A DNA stretch of 64,000 bases, taken from a virus. The notes below the pieces were generated by a model. The model saw only the letters and a list, made by a program, of their open reading frames with translations, was not told the DNA's origin and did no database searches. A program made the translations under genes and the position numbers. This document shows positions 18,689 to 29,297 of this stretch, piece after piece. The stretch spans positions 21,711 through 85,710 of the IMG/VR virus record IMGVR_UViG_3300032236_001159. One strand, given 5' to 3'. Within the stretch, counting starts at the first letter, position 1, and each line of letters starts with the position of its first letter.

Positions 18689-21091
18689 TTAAACGTTTCC
18701 AACAACTTCTTCAAAACTTACACCTGTGCGTGTAGCAACAAAGGTAAGTCCGATGAAGTTAATTGATCTTGCAGGCTTAACAAAGATATCAGCTCTAAAC
18801 TGATTTCCATCAATTACGTCGGGAGTGTTATTTGTTTCGTCACAAACAACCAAGAAGTCAATAATACCTCTCTTTGATTTTACATCACGAAGATATGGTT
18901 CAACAATATTTACAAAGTTTGATCTTGTGATTATATCATTAAATTCAAACAACTGCGCTCTTGCTGCTCTTTCGATTGTGGATTCAATTGTAAGGAATAA
19001 ACGACGAACGTTAATTCTATCAAAAGCGGACGTGTATGAAAGTGCAGTTTTATCGCCATAAAGAATAATACCAGCACCAGGAGAGAAAATAATGGGATTA
19101 ATTCTCTTTGGATACAATAGATCCCTTTGTGCCTTTGAAGGATTGTAAGCAAGCTTTACAGCACCATTAATTGCACCCCTAGAGGCGCCGGCAGGAGAGA
19201 ACCAAGAATATTGGTTGATTGATGTTCTAGCCATTAGACCGGCAACATCGGCATTGCAGGGAATGTATCTGAAAGTATTGTTGAATCTATCAAACATATA
19301 CTTATAACCACTATCAAATACAGCATAAGAACTGGATGTGATGGGATCAAAGAAATTAATAATATTAGTAGTTTGAGTATCGGAATTTGTAATATTTACA
19401 ATTCCAGATTTGTGGGGAGAAATTACAGCAACGCAATCCTTTCTTGCTTCGGCAATTGCAATTAAAGCATTTGCTTTTGCTTGAGATTCATAGATTGTTG
19501 CACCACCAGAAGGACCATTAATTAGGAAATTAACTTGGTATTCTGCTGGATTCAATAAAACATTATAAGAAGAAATGATATTAGCAAGAGTGGCACTCAT
19601 CCCACCAGAAGAAGAATAATCAACACCACCAGTTAAATTATAAGAAACATTTCCTACTCCAGAAAAAGTCGTACCTTGAGCATTTTGTGCCCAGTTACCA
19701 ACATTAGTATTTGTATATCCGGTAGTACTTGTAAAACCAGTAGCAGAACCAGTAGGAGCAGCACCTGCGAAAATATAATTAGAATTTGCAGAAATAAAAT
19801 CCTTATAATATACAGATTGAGTTGGTGAAATTTTACCATCAAATGCCTTTGATAGATATGTAAATTTCTCTACAATGTTGCCAGCAATTCCAGTAACAGA
19901 ACCACTATCATCTACAACTACTATGTGAATCTCATCATTTTTTCCACTTCTATCATTTACATATTGCGAAGTTGCAGGCTTTTCTGCAATTGTCTTCCAA
20001 TAAACTGTTGAATTTGTAAGACCAAGAGTTTGGAGATTATACCAATCAGATACAACAGTTGGAGTTGATGGGTCGGTTGTAAAATTGATTCCAGATGCTG
20101 ATGGAGTTTTTATTACAAATTGGACATTTGTGCCAACACCTACAGCAGTATTGGAAGTTACAATAGTTGTCTGTAAAGAACCATTCACAAGAGTTGTACT
20201 TAGACCTACAATAGTAGATTCATTTAAAATTCCATTACTTACTGTTTGAACTAAATTGCCAATAGAAACGGTAGGGAGCGATACTGAAATTGATGGTGGT
20301 AAAATGATTGAAGAACCAGTACTTACAGACCCATAAAATCTATTTACTTCAACTGAGGTTGAAACTCCAGAAGATGTTTTGATATAGGCTACACCAACAC
20401 CAGATTGGAAAGAATTAATACTATTTTGCGAATATGAAACTAAACTTGATGTTCCAGTAGCATTATCGTATCTATCAGTTATTTTTACATCAACATATTG
20501 ATTTCCGATATTGGTAATAATCCCCCTCAAATAACCAATAGATGAACCAACAGTACCATCTGTATTGGCATATGAAGTATTCAATCCAACGGTCATTCCA
20601 TATCCAACCGATAATCCAAAAGTTCCAATTGCAACTCTTTGGTCAGAGGCAGCATCAATTACACAAACTTTTAAATTATTTGCCCAACTTCCTGGATTTC
20701 TTGATGCATAAGACCAAGAAGATGCTGTTGAATAATTATTAATATAATCTTCATATGAAGAAATTTTCAAAGTGGTTGATCCATTACCAACCGCTGAAGC
20801 ATTTGAATTATTTAATGTATTTCCATCTGTTCTGAGAACTCTGAGAATACCACCATATGATAAGTATGAAGAAGCACTCAACCAATACTCATATTGAGAA
20901 TCAGTAGAAAGTGGTCTTCCGAATGTATTAAGAAGATCCTGCTCGTTCTGAATTAAAATAGGTACATTGACTGGTCCTTTTGAAAATGGACCTGCTATTG
21001 CGCCAACCTGCTCACTTGATGCAGTAATTCCCCCAATAGTTAAGTCAACTTCTCTTATATTGACCCCTGGAGATACTAAGTTTAGCGACAT
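18689..21091 (-). CDS. gp18: Tail sheath protein (800 aa)
   Basis: SPGVNIREVDLT, WFSPAG..RG, GDKT, FDRINVRRLF, FEFND. Confidence 0.97.
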   Translation of the reverse strand: MSLNLVSPGVNIREVDLTIGGITASSEQVGAIAGPFSKGPVNVPILIQNEQDLLNTFGRPLSTDSQYEYWLSASSYLSYGGILRVLRTDGNTLNNSNASAVGNGSTTLKISSYEDYINNYSTASSWSYASRNPGSWANNLKVCVIDAASDQRVAIGTFGLSVGYGMTVGLNTSYANTDGTVGSSIGYLRGIITNIGNQYVDVKITDRYDNATGTSSLVSYSQNSINSFQSGVGVAYIKTSSGVSTSVEVNRFYGSVSTGSSIILPPSISVSLPTVSIGNLVQTVSNGILNESTIVGLSTTLVNGSLQTTIVTSNTAVGVGTNVQFVIKTPSASGINFTTDPSTPTVVSDWYNLQTLGLTNSTVYWKTIAEKPATSQYVNDRSGKNDEIHIVVVDDSGSVTGIAGNIVEKFTYLSKAFDGKISPTQSVYYKDFISANSNYIFAGAAPTGSATGFTSTTGYTNTNVGNWAQNAQGTTFSGVGNVSYNLTGGVDYSSSGGMSATLANIISSYNVLLNPAEYQVNFLINGPSGGATIYESQAKANALIAIAEARKDCVAVISPHKSGIVNITNSDTQTTNIINFFDPITSSSYAVFDSGYKYMFDRFNNTFRYIPCNADVAGLMARTSINQYSWFSPAGASRGAINGAVKLAYNPSKAQRDLLYPKRINPIIFSPGAGIILYGDKTALSYTSAFDRINVRRLFLTIESTIERAARAQLFEFNDIITRSNFVNIVEPYLRDVKSKRGIIDFLVVCDETNNTPDVIDGNQFRADIFVKPARSINFIGLTFVATRTGVSFEEVVGNV

Positions 21092-21128
21092 GTCTTTCCC
21101 TCTAAAGAAGTTTCATTTTGTCTAGAAG

Positions 21129-21136
21129 TATTTATA
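21129..21136 (-). promoter_or_regulatory. Late promoter TATAAATA (gp18)
   Basis: Exact consensus ~38 nt upstream of gp18. Confidence 0.85.
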
Positions 21137-21147
21137 AATTGCTAAAC

Positions 21148-22845
21148 TTACCTATACTCCCACATATATGATCTATCCCCATATTCATCAAGATGCCATC
21201 CATTTTCATCACCTTGAAGTTGATTTCCACCAATAACTTTCCAAGTATCTCCTTCGGTGTCAACAAAGGTGTTTTCATTATTTAGACCGTCAGTAATAAA
21301 CCCAAAAGGAGACATATCCTGCTCTATTTGTTCCTTTTGATCCTCATATATTCTTTTGCGGACATCATTTTCTGTCATCTCCTTGAAGTAGTCTTGAACT
21401 ACCAACCAAGCAAAGATAACTAAACACATTACCAAGTCATCATTTGATCCTTCTTCTGCTTCAAATGATTGATTTTTTTGAATGAAAGTTGTTAATTCGC
21501 TAATAATATCATAATCATTGAATATTAATTTGTCATCTTCTATAATTGTCTTCAAGTTGGAGCAACCCACTCTCTTTACTGTCTTGGACATTTTCACACC
21601 CAATTGAGTTTTCTTTCCAGAAAATCCTTGTCCAACTAATTGCCCTGCTCTACCTCTCATCGCACACATTAGAATATTATCGTATTCCAAATCAAAATGC
21701 AAAATACTTGTTACTTGTTCGCCAATATCATTAACTTCAGCTAAAACAAAAGCTTTATTGTATGCTCTTGCTACATCCAAAATAATATTTGGAAAAAGCA
21801 TAGGTTTGATTTCATTGTTTTTGTATTTTGCAACTATTCTATACGGAAATGTAGTTATATCAAAAACTACAAATGCTGAATAATCATTATCTACTCCTCT
21901 AGAAACATCCACCGTCATTATATAAGTGTGGTCTTCTTTTGGCTCTTCATATACATCCAATCCTCCACTTTTTTCTATTGGATCGTCATATACTAAATTT
22001 CTTAGTTTTGTTGCATTAATTAAAGTTCCAACAGAACCAAGAAATTCACACTCAAATTCAACTGCAAATTGTTGATCGCTTGTGTTGGCTATTGTTTGGC
22101 GTTTCCATTCTTCATCCCTACCCGGAACATCACTCCAATGAACTTCTGTTGAGATATATTCATTCTTTTTCCTTTCGGCATCATGCCAAATTTTATAAAA
22201 ATGATTCATCCCGTGAGGTGTAGAAACAATAATCATCTTGGTAGATTTACCAGATGATATTACGGGATAAACCGAACTAAAAAATTCATCTGCAACATTA
22301 TTTGGAACAAACGCAAATTCGTCCAAAAATACAATATTATAAGATCCACCACGAACCGCAGATGCGCTAGTAGAGGCGGCAACAATCTTAGAACCATTCT
22401 CAAGCTCTAAGGATCCTTTGTTCCATATCAGGACGCCTTGCTGCATCCATTTGGGGAGATTTTCGTATGCTAGTTGAAGTCTTCCGAGAAGGTCTCTAGC
22501 AGTAGACGCTTTATTAGCAAGAATCGCAATATTGACGTTATCATTAAATATTGCGTAATGAAGTAAATAAGAAACGACAGTGGTAGATTTTCCAGACTGC
22601 CTTGGCATTTTGCAGATATTGAATCTATGATCATGGAAATTCTTAATAAGTTTTTCTTGAAACTTGTACATATTAAAAGGCACAAGACCATGATCAAGAG
22701 AAACAATTTTTATATAATTTTTTGCAAAATATACTGGATCCTTTTTGCATTTTATATACTGTTCAATATCATTCTTAGTGAATTCTATTGGTGTATTTGC
22801 TTTTTTTAGTAAAGGATTGCCTAGATACTGATCACCACTACTCAT
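21148..22845 (-). CDS. gp17: Terminase large subunit (uninterrupted)
   Basis: YLGNPLLK, PRQSGKST, FLDEFAF, STPHG, DVSRG..DYS, DDLVM. Confidence 0.98.
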   Translation of the reverse strand: MSSGDQYLGNPLLKKANTPIEFTKNDIEQYIKCKKDPVYFAKNYIKIVSLDHGLVPFNMYKFQEKLIKNFHDHRFNICKMPRQSGKSTTVVSYLLHYAIFNDNVNIAILANKASTARDLLGRLQLAYENLPKWMQQGVLIWNKGSLELENGSKIVAASTSASAVRGGSYNIVFLDEFAFVPNNVADEFFSSVYPVISSGKSTKMIIVSTPHGMNHFYKIWHDAERKKNEYISTEVHWSDVPGRDEEWKRQTIANTSDQQFAVEFECEFLGSVGTLINATKLRNLVYDDPIEKSGGLDVYEEPKEDHTYIMTVDVSRGVDNDYSAFVVFDITTFPYRIVAKYKNNEIKPMLFPNIILDVARAYNKAFVLAEVNDIGEQVTSILHFDLEYDNILMCAMRGRAGQLVGQGFSGKKTQLGVKMSKTVKRVGCSNLKTIIEDDKLIFNDYDIISELTTFIQKNQSFEAEEGSNDDLVMCLVIFAWLVVQDYFKEMTENDVRKRIYEDQKEQIEQDMSPFGFITDGLNNENTFVDTEGDTWKVIGGNQLQGDENGWHLDEYGDRSYMWEYR

Positions 22846-22847
22846 AT

Positions 22848-23036
22848 TTATTTTACCTCAAATTCTTTTATGTCTAGTAATGTTAGTGTTTCCTGTTGCT
22901 TGAAATAAAGCTTCACATAACATCTACAAATATTTTTCAATAAATCAATGTTAGTGCAAGATTCCAGTTCTCTTGATATTTTTTCATATTCAAAAATTTT
23001 ACTCAAATTATCAAGTTCAATATTATCTGGGTTCAT
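22848..23036 (-). CDS. Small helical protein, NblA-like candidate
   Basis: 62 aa; LSxxFEYEKxxRELxxCxNIxxLKxxC...Q helix-loop-helix pattern resembles NblA (recalled pattern only). Confidence 0.5.
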   Translation of the reverse strand: MNPDNIELDNLSKIFEYEKISRELESCTNIDLLKNICRCYVKLYFKQQETLTLLDIKEFEVK

Positions 23037-24210
23037 TAGTTTGACCTGTAAATAGTAATGGTTTTGTTGGATCCTTTAATGATGGATTGAATGCTAAAAC
23101 AATAGCATTTGGGTAAACTTTATTGACTTCTCTTGTTACTTCTGCTTTTGTTGGTCTAGTAAATTGTTGGAAGAACATTTGAGTTGTAATATACTTACCT
23201 CTCCAATTAAGAATTATACTATAAGTTGTTCCGCGAGTCTGTATCCTTAGATAGTTTTCGGATACATTGCTTTTTTCTTTTTTATTTCCCCAATTTGCTG
23301 CACCAACTTTACGGCACTTTACTAACGCACCAGATGCATAAGCAGAAGGCCATATTTTATATCTAGATTTCACTTTTTCTTTACAAGCATCTTCATTTAC
23401 AAATTCTTCGGTTGCAACATTTTTTGCCTTTCCACTTCTTTCTGGATTTGGGTCTTCTTTTCTTTTTCTTCTTGCTGCTGCTTCTTCTTCCTTATCGGAC
23501 ATATTTGCAGCCATTTTTGATGAACCACATTTTGGTTTTGTGGTTTGTCCTGGTTGTTTAGCACAAGGTTTGCCTGCGTATCTTCCTCCTAACTGAACCC
23601 ATCCTGGTTTTCCATCACTTGATTTGCTTTTTGAAAACCAATCGTGGAGAGATGAATCACCGGATTTTGTTTCTTCACTAACACCCTTCATTTTTTCTGG
23701 TTTAATCAAATCAATAATTTCCAAAAAGGTATTGCCATTCGCATCTTCAATAGTCACTGATTCATTTTTATATTGCTTTTCTTCTGGAAAATTTCCAGGA
23801 TGAGTAGTTGCTATTGAATAATTTTTTTGCACTTTCACATCTTTAAATTTATTATGATCTTTTTTTGCGGAAGATTCCATTTTTTTCAAACGTGTATAAT
23901 AATCTGGTATTTCATTCAAATGTTGCAAAGCAATATCAATTGCTAAATCTTTATCTTTTGTGTGTTCGTGCTCAATTTTAATTCCCATTTCAAGTTGATT
24001 TTTTATAAAAGAAACATCAAGCCTATGTTTTTTTGCAATTTCTTTTACTGTACTGTGTGATTTTATTTTTAAATTTTCTTCTACGTGGTTTTCATTATTA
24101 TTAGAATGACCTGAACAATCGTTCATTCCATGAACTGGGCATTTTATTTTTGCTTTCGTTTTATTGCAAATAGGATTTGCTTCTTTTATAAATTCCTTAA
24201 AACTTTTCAT
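23023..24210 (-). CDS. Modular protein with a capsid-targeting-like N-terminus; probable internal head protein
   Basis: Starts MKSFKEFIKE; contains a C/H module, an EHEHT...IALQHLxE.PDYYTRL module and a KVKSRYKIWPSAYASGALVKCRK module. Confidence 0.7.
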   Translation of the reverse strand: MKSFKEFIKEANPICNKTKAKIKCPVHGMNDCSGHSNNNENHVEENLKIKSHSTVKEIAKKHRLDVSFIKNQLEMGIKIEHEHTKDKDLAIDIALQHLNEIPDYYTRLKKMESSAKKDHNKFKDVKVQKNYSIATTHPGNFPEEKQYKNESVTIEDANGNTFLEIIDLIKPEKMKGVSEETKSGDSSLHDWFSKSKSSDGKPGWVQLGGRYAGKPCAKQPGQTTKPKCGSSKMAANMSDKEEEAAARRKRKEDPNPERSGKAKNVATEEFVNEDACKEKVKSRYKIWPSAYASGALVKCRKVGAANWGNKKEKSNVSENYLRIQTRGTTYSIILNWRGKYITTQMFFQQFTRPTKAEVTREVNKVYPNAIVLAFNPSLKDPTKPLLFTGQTNEPR

Positions 24211-24225
24211 GTGAAAATTTTTTAA

Positions 24226-24648
24226 CTATTTAGAATCTATAACACCCTGTTTAAGTAATTTTTGTAATTCTGCGGTAGATCCAACAAAAAGAGCATTTGT
24301 AACATTTTTTGGATTGGATTTATCTTCCTTTTTAAGATCCTTCATTTTTTGGTGAATGTCCATAAGTTTATCCGTAGAATCAGCAACATTTTTAATTAAT
24401 TGCCCAAAAACTTCATATGCTCTTGGTTGTTGTCCATCTTGTGCTATTTCCAAAAGACTAGTCGCCGCTTCTTGTCCTTTTTCAATTAAACTATAAAGTG
24501 TTCCTCTAATGTATTCAAAATCTAATTCCGATTCATCTTTATTCTGTATATTTTTTAAATCTTTTTTTGATTGTTTTATAATTTCCTTTGCAGTAACTGT
24601 TGCTTCAATATCCAAAGACTCGTTGATTTTATCAAAATTATTTTTCAT
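24226..24648 (-). CDS. gp16: Terminase small subunit
   Basis: DFEY.RG.LY.LIEKGQEA...PRAYEV...NALFVGSTAELQKLL. Confidence 0.93.
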   Translation of the reverse strand: MKNNFDKINESLDIEATVTAKEIIKQSKKDLKNIQNKDESELDFEYIRGTLYSLIEKGQEAATSLLEIAQDGQQPRAYEVFGQLIKNVADSTDKLMDIHQKMKDLKKEDKSNPKNVTNALFVGSTAELQKLLKQGVIDSK

Positions 24649-25697
24649 ATATCAATACCTTTAGATGGACTATAAATTTTACCATCACCATAGTCAAAAC
24701 GATATTCATCGAATCCAAAATCATCTGTTTGTTCAATCAAATTATTATCCTCAATATTAATAAGATTTATATATGATCCATTTAAATGTGAAACTACGGA
24801 AGAGTTATCTTCACCTCTCAAAACAGTAATAGTATTTCCAGATATTGATTTAATATACATCTCTTCATCATCAATTTCTATGTAGGTATTTTCTGAAAGA
24901 GAAGTTGCATCATTTACTATAAATTTGGTAATTTTATCATCTATATCTTGTGCAAGAGAAGTTGTATTATCTGTATTATAATCTTTAATTGCTCTTGGTT
25001 CTGCAACATAACGAAGCTGTCTAGATGAATTTTTAGTGTCCGTATCGGAATAATAATCCACCTGAACTTTTTTGATAAATCCTTCCGTATTGTCTGGAAT
25101 AGGTCCAAACAAATAAGTTTTAGCAGTAAAATTCAAATCATAAATTATAATTCTTTTTTCTTCATAACCACTATCATAATTATCTTTAAAATTTATATTT
25201 TCGAGTATCATCGGAACATCTCTTTTTTCTCCTATAGAAGAAACCAAATCTAAAGTTAAATTAAAAGATGGCTGAAAATACGGAAGGATTTGCTCAACAA
25301 TTTGCAAAGCATCGTCATTATATTGCGTCATAATAGAAAGTTGAATTCCAATATTATATGGGGCAGGCATAAAAACTTTCTTAACTGTCTGATTATCTGT
25401 GGAACTCAATGCTTTGAAAGTTTGCATAGTAGAAACTTTTCTAGTATTATCATATTGAATACTAGTCATTTCAAATGCCAATCTTGGCAAAACAATAGAA
25501 ACTCTCTTTCTTAAATCTGGTTTCTGTTCTAATCTTGCTATAAATTTCTCTACTGGACCATATGCAATAGGAACTTTTATTATACTATGATCACTACCAT
25601 CTTGGTTTTTATGTTTAATGTTGATGTTATTAAACAAAGTTCCAAATGCAATTATGGTTTTTTTAATTATTTCGTGATAATAATATTCTCCTAGCAT
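24645..25697 (-). CDS. gp15: Tail sheath stabilizer / completion protein
   Basis: YYYHEIIKKTIIAFGTLFN, VPIAYGP, LPRLAFE, QILPYFQP; extra C-terminal domain. Confidence 0.95.
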   Translation of the reverse strand: MLGEYYYHEIIKKTIIAFGTLFNNINIKHKNQDGSDHSIIKVPIAYGPVEKFIARLEQKPDLRKRVSIVLPRLAFEMTSIQYDNTRKVSTMQTFKALSSTDNQTVKKVFMPAPYNIGIQLSIMTQYNDDALQIVEQILPYFQPSFNLTLDLVSSIGEKRDVPMILENINFKDNYDSGYEEKRIIIYDLNFTAKTYLFGPIPDNTEGFIKKVQVDYYSDTDTKNSSRQLRYVAEPRAIKDYNTDNTTSLAQDIDDKITKFIVNDATSLSENTYIEIDDEEMYIKSISGNTITVLRGEDNSSVVSHLNGSYINLINIEDNNLIEQTDDFGFDEYRFDYGDGKIYSPSKGIDI

Positions 25698-25726
25698 AAT
25701 AATAACCTTTTATTAATTATTTAGAT

Positions 25727-27142
25727 TTAAAAATCCCCAAAAGGATTATGCTCACTAAAATCCAAAAATACATCTGCTTCGGATTCGATAGGAATATTTT
25801 CCGCATATGGATCATATTCATCTTGAACGTCAATCGAAAAAAGTCTATAATTGGCCTCAGATCCACCATAATTTGTGCCCATACCAATTATAGATTCGCC
25901 CAAAGAAAAAGATCCATTTGATATTTTGACTTTAAGTATTCTTGTATCATAATCCCAATCCGAAACGTGTGCAGTTGTTCCTGTAGAAACTCCCTTAACC
26001 ACCTCATTAAATACATAATTTCCCGTAGATATTCCAATAGGAGATGAGAAAGAAACTGAAGGTGCTATTGTATAACCAGATCCGGCATTGCTATATCTAA
26101 TAGCAGTTACTATCCCGAGAGAATTGATTACGCATTCTGCTTTTGCATCTATTCCCCCATAAGGTGCTGCCGATATTGTTACTGTAGGACTAGTGGAATA
26201 TCCTACACCACGATTAATAATTTCAAATGTACCCAAAGAACCAGAAGATAAAATCGCCGTTGCTATTGCGCCAGATCCACTTGAACTTAAAATCGTAACC
26301 GATGGCGTAACCGTATATCCAATTCCTGGATTTGTAATTAATATTCTATCAATTGAACTTCCGGTTTGGTTGGAACGATGAGTCATAATTGCAACTGCAG
26401 TTGCATTTACTCCTCCTGAAATCGCACGAGAAATAGAAATAGTTGGAGTTGTTAAATAACCAGTTCCATCATTAATTAAATCAATTTTAGAAACTGAACC
26501 ACCAACTACTGACGCAAGATTGGAAGCAAGATTGACAATTGCAGATGTTGGAGTTGCTTCAGATTTAACCATATTTAAAGTTGTAATATATCCAAAATCT
26601 TTTACAGATTCATCAACTTCACTGATGCTTGTATTAATATTTTCATCTGCTTCATAATCAAACACTTCACATCTCAATTCGTAGACATAAAGATTATTTA
26701 ATTGATAAAATGGAGATTTAGCCTCTACGTATTTAATTTCAAATATTGTATTGTCTAAAGGCAAATAAATTATATCACCTTCTTCTGGTCTTGTAGATAC
26801 TTCTATTTCTGCACTATTTGCAAGAAAATTAGAAACAAAATCTTCATATCTTTCTCTTGATATAATTAAAGTTAATTCATCAGTAGTCTGAACTCCAAAT
26901 TTTGATAATATATCTCCTCTTCCCCCAAATCCTTGGTAATTCATTATATAAGCTTCTAATCTATATGCATCATCAAATTTTGATACAAGTATTTCTTTTA
27001 ATATATTACTTTTATTGACTATTTTTCTTGGCATATAAACAACATCTTGCCCAAACATCTTTAATTGTTCATTGATTAGATCCTGTACCAATCTTTGCTC
27101 ACTAACAGAACCATTTAAAAAATAAGGATTAAGTGGAGACAT
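25727..27142 (-). CDS. gp14: Neck protein
   Basis: LNPYF, EQRLVQDLINEQLK.FG, RPEEGD, DFSEHNPFG; internal GxGY..P repeats. Confidence 0.94.
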   Translation of the reverse strand: MSPLNPYFLNGSVSEQRLVQDLINEQLKMFGQDVVYMPRKIVNKSNILKEILVSKFDDAYRLEAYIMNYQGFGGRGDILSKFGVQTTDELTLIISRERYEDFVSNFLANSAEIEVSTRPEEGDIIYLPLDNTIFEIKYVEAKSPFYQLNNLYVYELRCEVFDYEADENINTSISEVDESVKDFGYITTLNMVKSEATPTSAIVNLASNLASVVGGSVSKIDLINDGTGYLTTPTISISRAISGGVNATAVAIMTHRSNQTGSSIDRILITNPGIGYTVTPSVTILSSSGSGAIATAILSSGSLGTFEIINRGVGYSTSPTVTISAAPYGGIDAKAECVINSLGIVTAIRYSNAGSGYTIAPSVSFSSPIGISTGNYVFNEVVKGVSTGTTAHVSDWDYDTRILKVKISNGSFSLGESIIGMGTNYGGSEANYRLFSIDVQDEYDPYAENIPIESEADVFLDFSEHNPFGDF

Positions 27143-27146
27143 ATTA

Positions 27147-27962
27147 TTATCCTATCATATCCATTGGGGGAGTTTCATATTCATCTTTAAGTTGTTTTTC
27201 GGCTTCTTCAACTTCTCTTATTCCGTCATTTAAAATTCTTTCTCCATTAAATTGAATACCACCAGGAAGAGATACATTATTGAATTTAGTTAAATTAATT
27301 CCCCATTGTCTCTTCATTAAAGCGGTTAAGTATTTTTTTAACCACCAATCATTATAAATGTTTGGTGCATCTGAAGGATCTACCAGTCTATAGCAATCAA
27401 AAATTAAATAATTATTTGGGCTCATTTGGCTCCAATCAATATCTAAGTACAATCTATGATTTTTTTTATTAAATCTAATTTGAATATCTGGAGTAATAAT
27501 TCTACTTAAATCTTCAAGATATGTTTTTACCATTGCATAATTTAATAGATCAAGTGCTCCATAATAATACAAATCATTTAAAAATAGTTGATATTTAATA
27601 TTGAAAAGACCACTTGATATTGTACTAGAATCCACTTTAAATACATTATTAACACCAATTACGTGATCTGGTAACTGTAAAAAGTTGTTTGTTTCTGTGT
27701 AATTTACAGTCGTTATTCCAACAGAAGATGATGCAGTTGAAGTTGTAACTCCTGTCTTTATCGCATCTAATTGGGATTGGCTTAATTGATGTTTTAAAAA
27801 TACTTTTTCAATACCATCATAATGTCTTTCATTAAAATATTGAATGGCATCATCTACCAAATCATCAATTTGGTCATCTTCAATATTAATTTCCAAAACG
27901 GGATAACCGAGTCTTCTCAGACAATAATCAATTAGTCCTTGGCGAGATGATGGTTGTGCCAT
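27147..27962 (-). CDS. gp13: Neck protein
   Basis: YCLRRLGYPVLEIN, WLKKYLTAL.KRQWG.NL.KF, LPGG. Confidence 0.95.
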   Translation of the reverse strand: MAQPSSRQGLIDYCLRRLGYPVLEINIEDDQIDDLVDDAIQYFNERHYDGIEKVFLKHQLSQSQLDAIKTGVTTSTASSSVGITTVNYTETNNFLQLPDHVIGVNNVFKVDSSTISSGLFNIKYQLFLNDLYYYGALDLLNYAMVKTYLEDLSRIITPDIQIRFNKKNHRLYLDIDWSQMSPNNYLIFDCYRLVDPSDAPNIYNDWWLKKYLTALMKRQWGINLTKFNNVSLPGGIQFNGERILNDGIREVEEAEKQLKDEYETPPMDMIG

Positions 27963-27980
27963 TACTTAAATACCTCTCTT

Positions 27981-28172
27981 TTAATATTTATTAATAGAAT
28001 CTGTTTGTAATTCTTTTATTTGTTCCAATAAATCATATTTTTCTTTTTCGAAATCTTTAATTAAAGATTGAATTTTTGATTCTAATACAATATTTTCAAT
28101 TGAAAGTGAAGATATTTTTTGAGAATATGTATTAATTAAAATCGTTACGTCGATATCATTTTCATTATTCAT
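27981..28172 (-). CDS. Small coiled-coil hypothetical protein
   Basis: ATG at 28172; heptad-rich (ENIVLESKIQSL). Confidence 0.65.
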   Translation of the reverse strand: MNNENDIDVTILINTYSQKISSLSIENIVLESKIQSLIKDFEKEKYDLLEQIKELQTDSINKY

Positions 28173-28173
28173 T

Positions 28174-29292
28174 TTAATATTGACCTCCATCTATGGCATT
28201 TGTCCACACAGGAACATTTGAATTGTCCGTCGTTAAAATATAATTTGAAGTGGATGCATATCCAACTTCTGGGGAATTAGTACTAATCAATTTACCAGAA
28301 GAATCAAAATATGCAGATCCTCTGGTACTAATTCCGGAAGTAGTGAAATTAAGTAAAATTGAACCTATATCAAGAGTTCCTTTTGTTCCAGATACTACAT
28401 TTCCTGTAATTGTGGCATCTGGTATATATGTGAGATAACGAGTACTGTCTTTATAACCAAAAAATCCTTTTCTATAATTTTGAACACCAGAACCTACATT
28501 ATATTCAAATGAAATACCTTTATCTGTATTAGTGTCATAATAATGTCTAATTGTTAATTGTGATGTGGTTGAAATTGATCCACTAGTATTCCCTTGAATG
28601 AAAACAACATTAGTGTATGGATTATATGAATTTATTGTTGTGATTCCACTTGATGGGAGATTTGCATTTCCGCTAATTAAATCACCAGTATTAATTCCAA
28701 CAACAGAATCTAAAGTAATAGTTGAACTTCCAGTCAATACCGGAGACATCACTGTTCTAATACTTGTTATATCACCAAGATTTAATATATCTGCATCTGC
28801 ATTTACACTTGTTGAATTAATTGAAGTAGTAGTACCATCAACTTGTAGATTACCTTTAACAACAACTGTGCCTTGATTGCTTAATCCATCGGGATATGGA
28901 TCAATATATAAAGTATCTCCAGTTCCAGGTAAAGATGAAATTATATTTGAATTAATTCTAACGTTATCAAATGTTGCACCGCCAGTATTTGTAATATTTC
29001 CACTTATATTTACCTTTCCCGAAAATGACGAGATACCAATAAAAGTATTTAAATTTGTACTTACTTGCCCAAGTGTAGTATTTCCATTTACAGTTAATGA
29101 TCCAACTAAAACTGGATTGCTAGTTGCTTCCCATTTTAATGTGGTGGAATTAAATACCAAAATCATTCCACCAACTTGGCCATTACTTACATCAACATCG
29201 GAAAGTTGATATAATTTCCCCCCTGCCACAATAGATGTGGCAGGAACTCTAATTGCATTTTCTGTTCCTAGTCTTACTCTTATATCTGCCAT
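28174..29292 (-). CDS. Virion structural / short fibre-like protein
   Basis: LSDVDVS, GNLQVDGTTTSINST, C-terminal IDGGQY typical of phage fibre proteins. Confidence 0.75.
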   Translation of the reverse strand: MADIRVRLGTENAIRVPATSIVAGGKLYQLSDVDVSNGQVGGMILVFNSTTLKWEATSNPVLVGSLTVNGNTTLGQVSTNLNTFIGISSFSGKVNISGNITNTGGATFDNVRINSNIISSLPGTGDTLYIDPYPDGLSNQGTVVVKGNLQVDGTTTSINSTSVNADADILNLGDITSIRTVMSPVLTGSSTITLDSVVGINTGDLISGNANLPSSGITTINSYNPYTNVVFIQGNTSGSISTTSQLTIRHYYDTNTDKGISFEYNVGSGVQNYRKGFFGYKDSTRYLTYIPDATITGNVVSGTKGTLDIGSILLNFTTSGISTRGSAYFDSSGKLISTNSPEVGYASTSNYILTTDNSNVPVWTNAIDGGQY

Positions 29293-29297
29293 TTTTT

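Noticed and set aside
21148-22845. Intein or intron in gp17 (also checked in gp20, gp23, uvsW, gp44, gp47)
   Set aside because: Normal lengths and continuous motifs; no intein termini seen.
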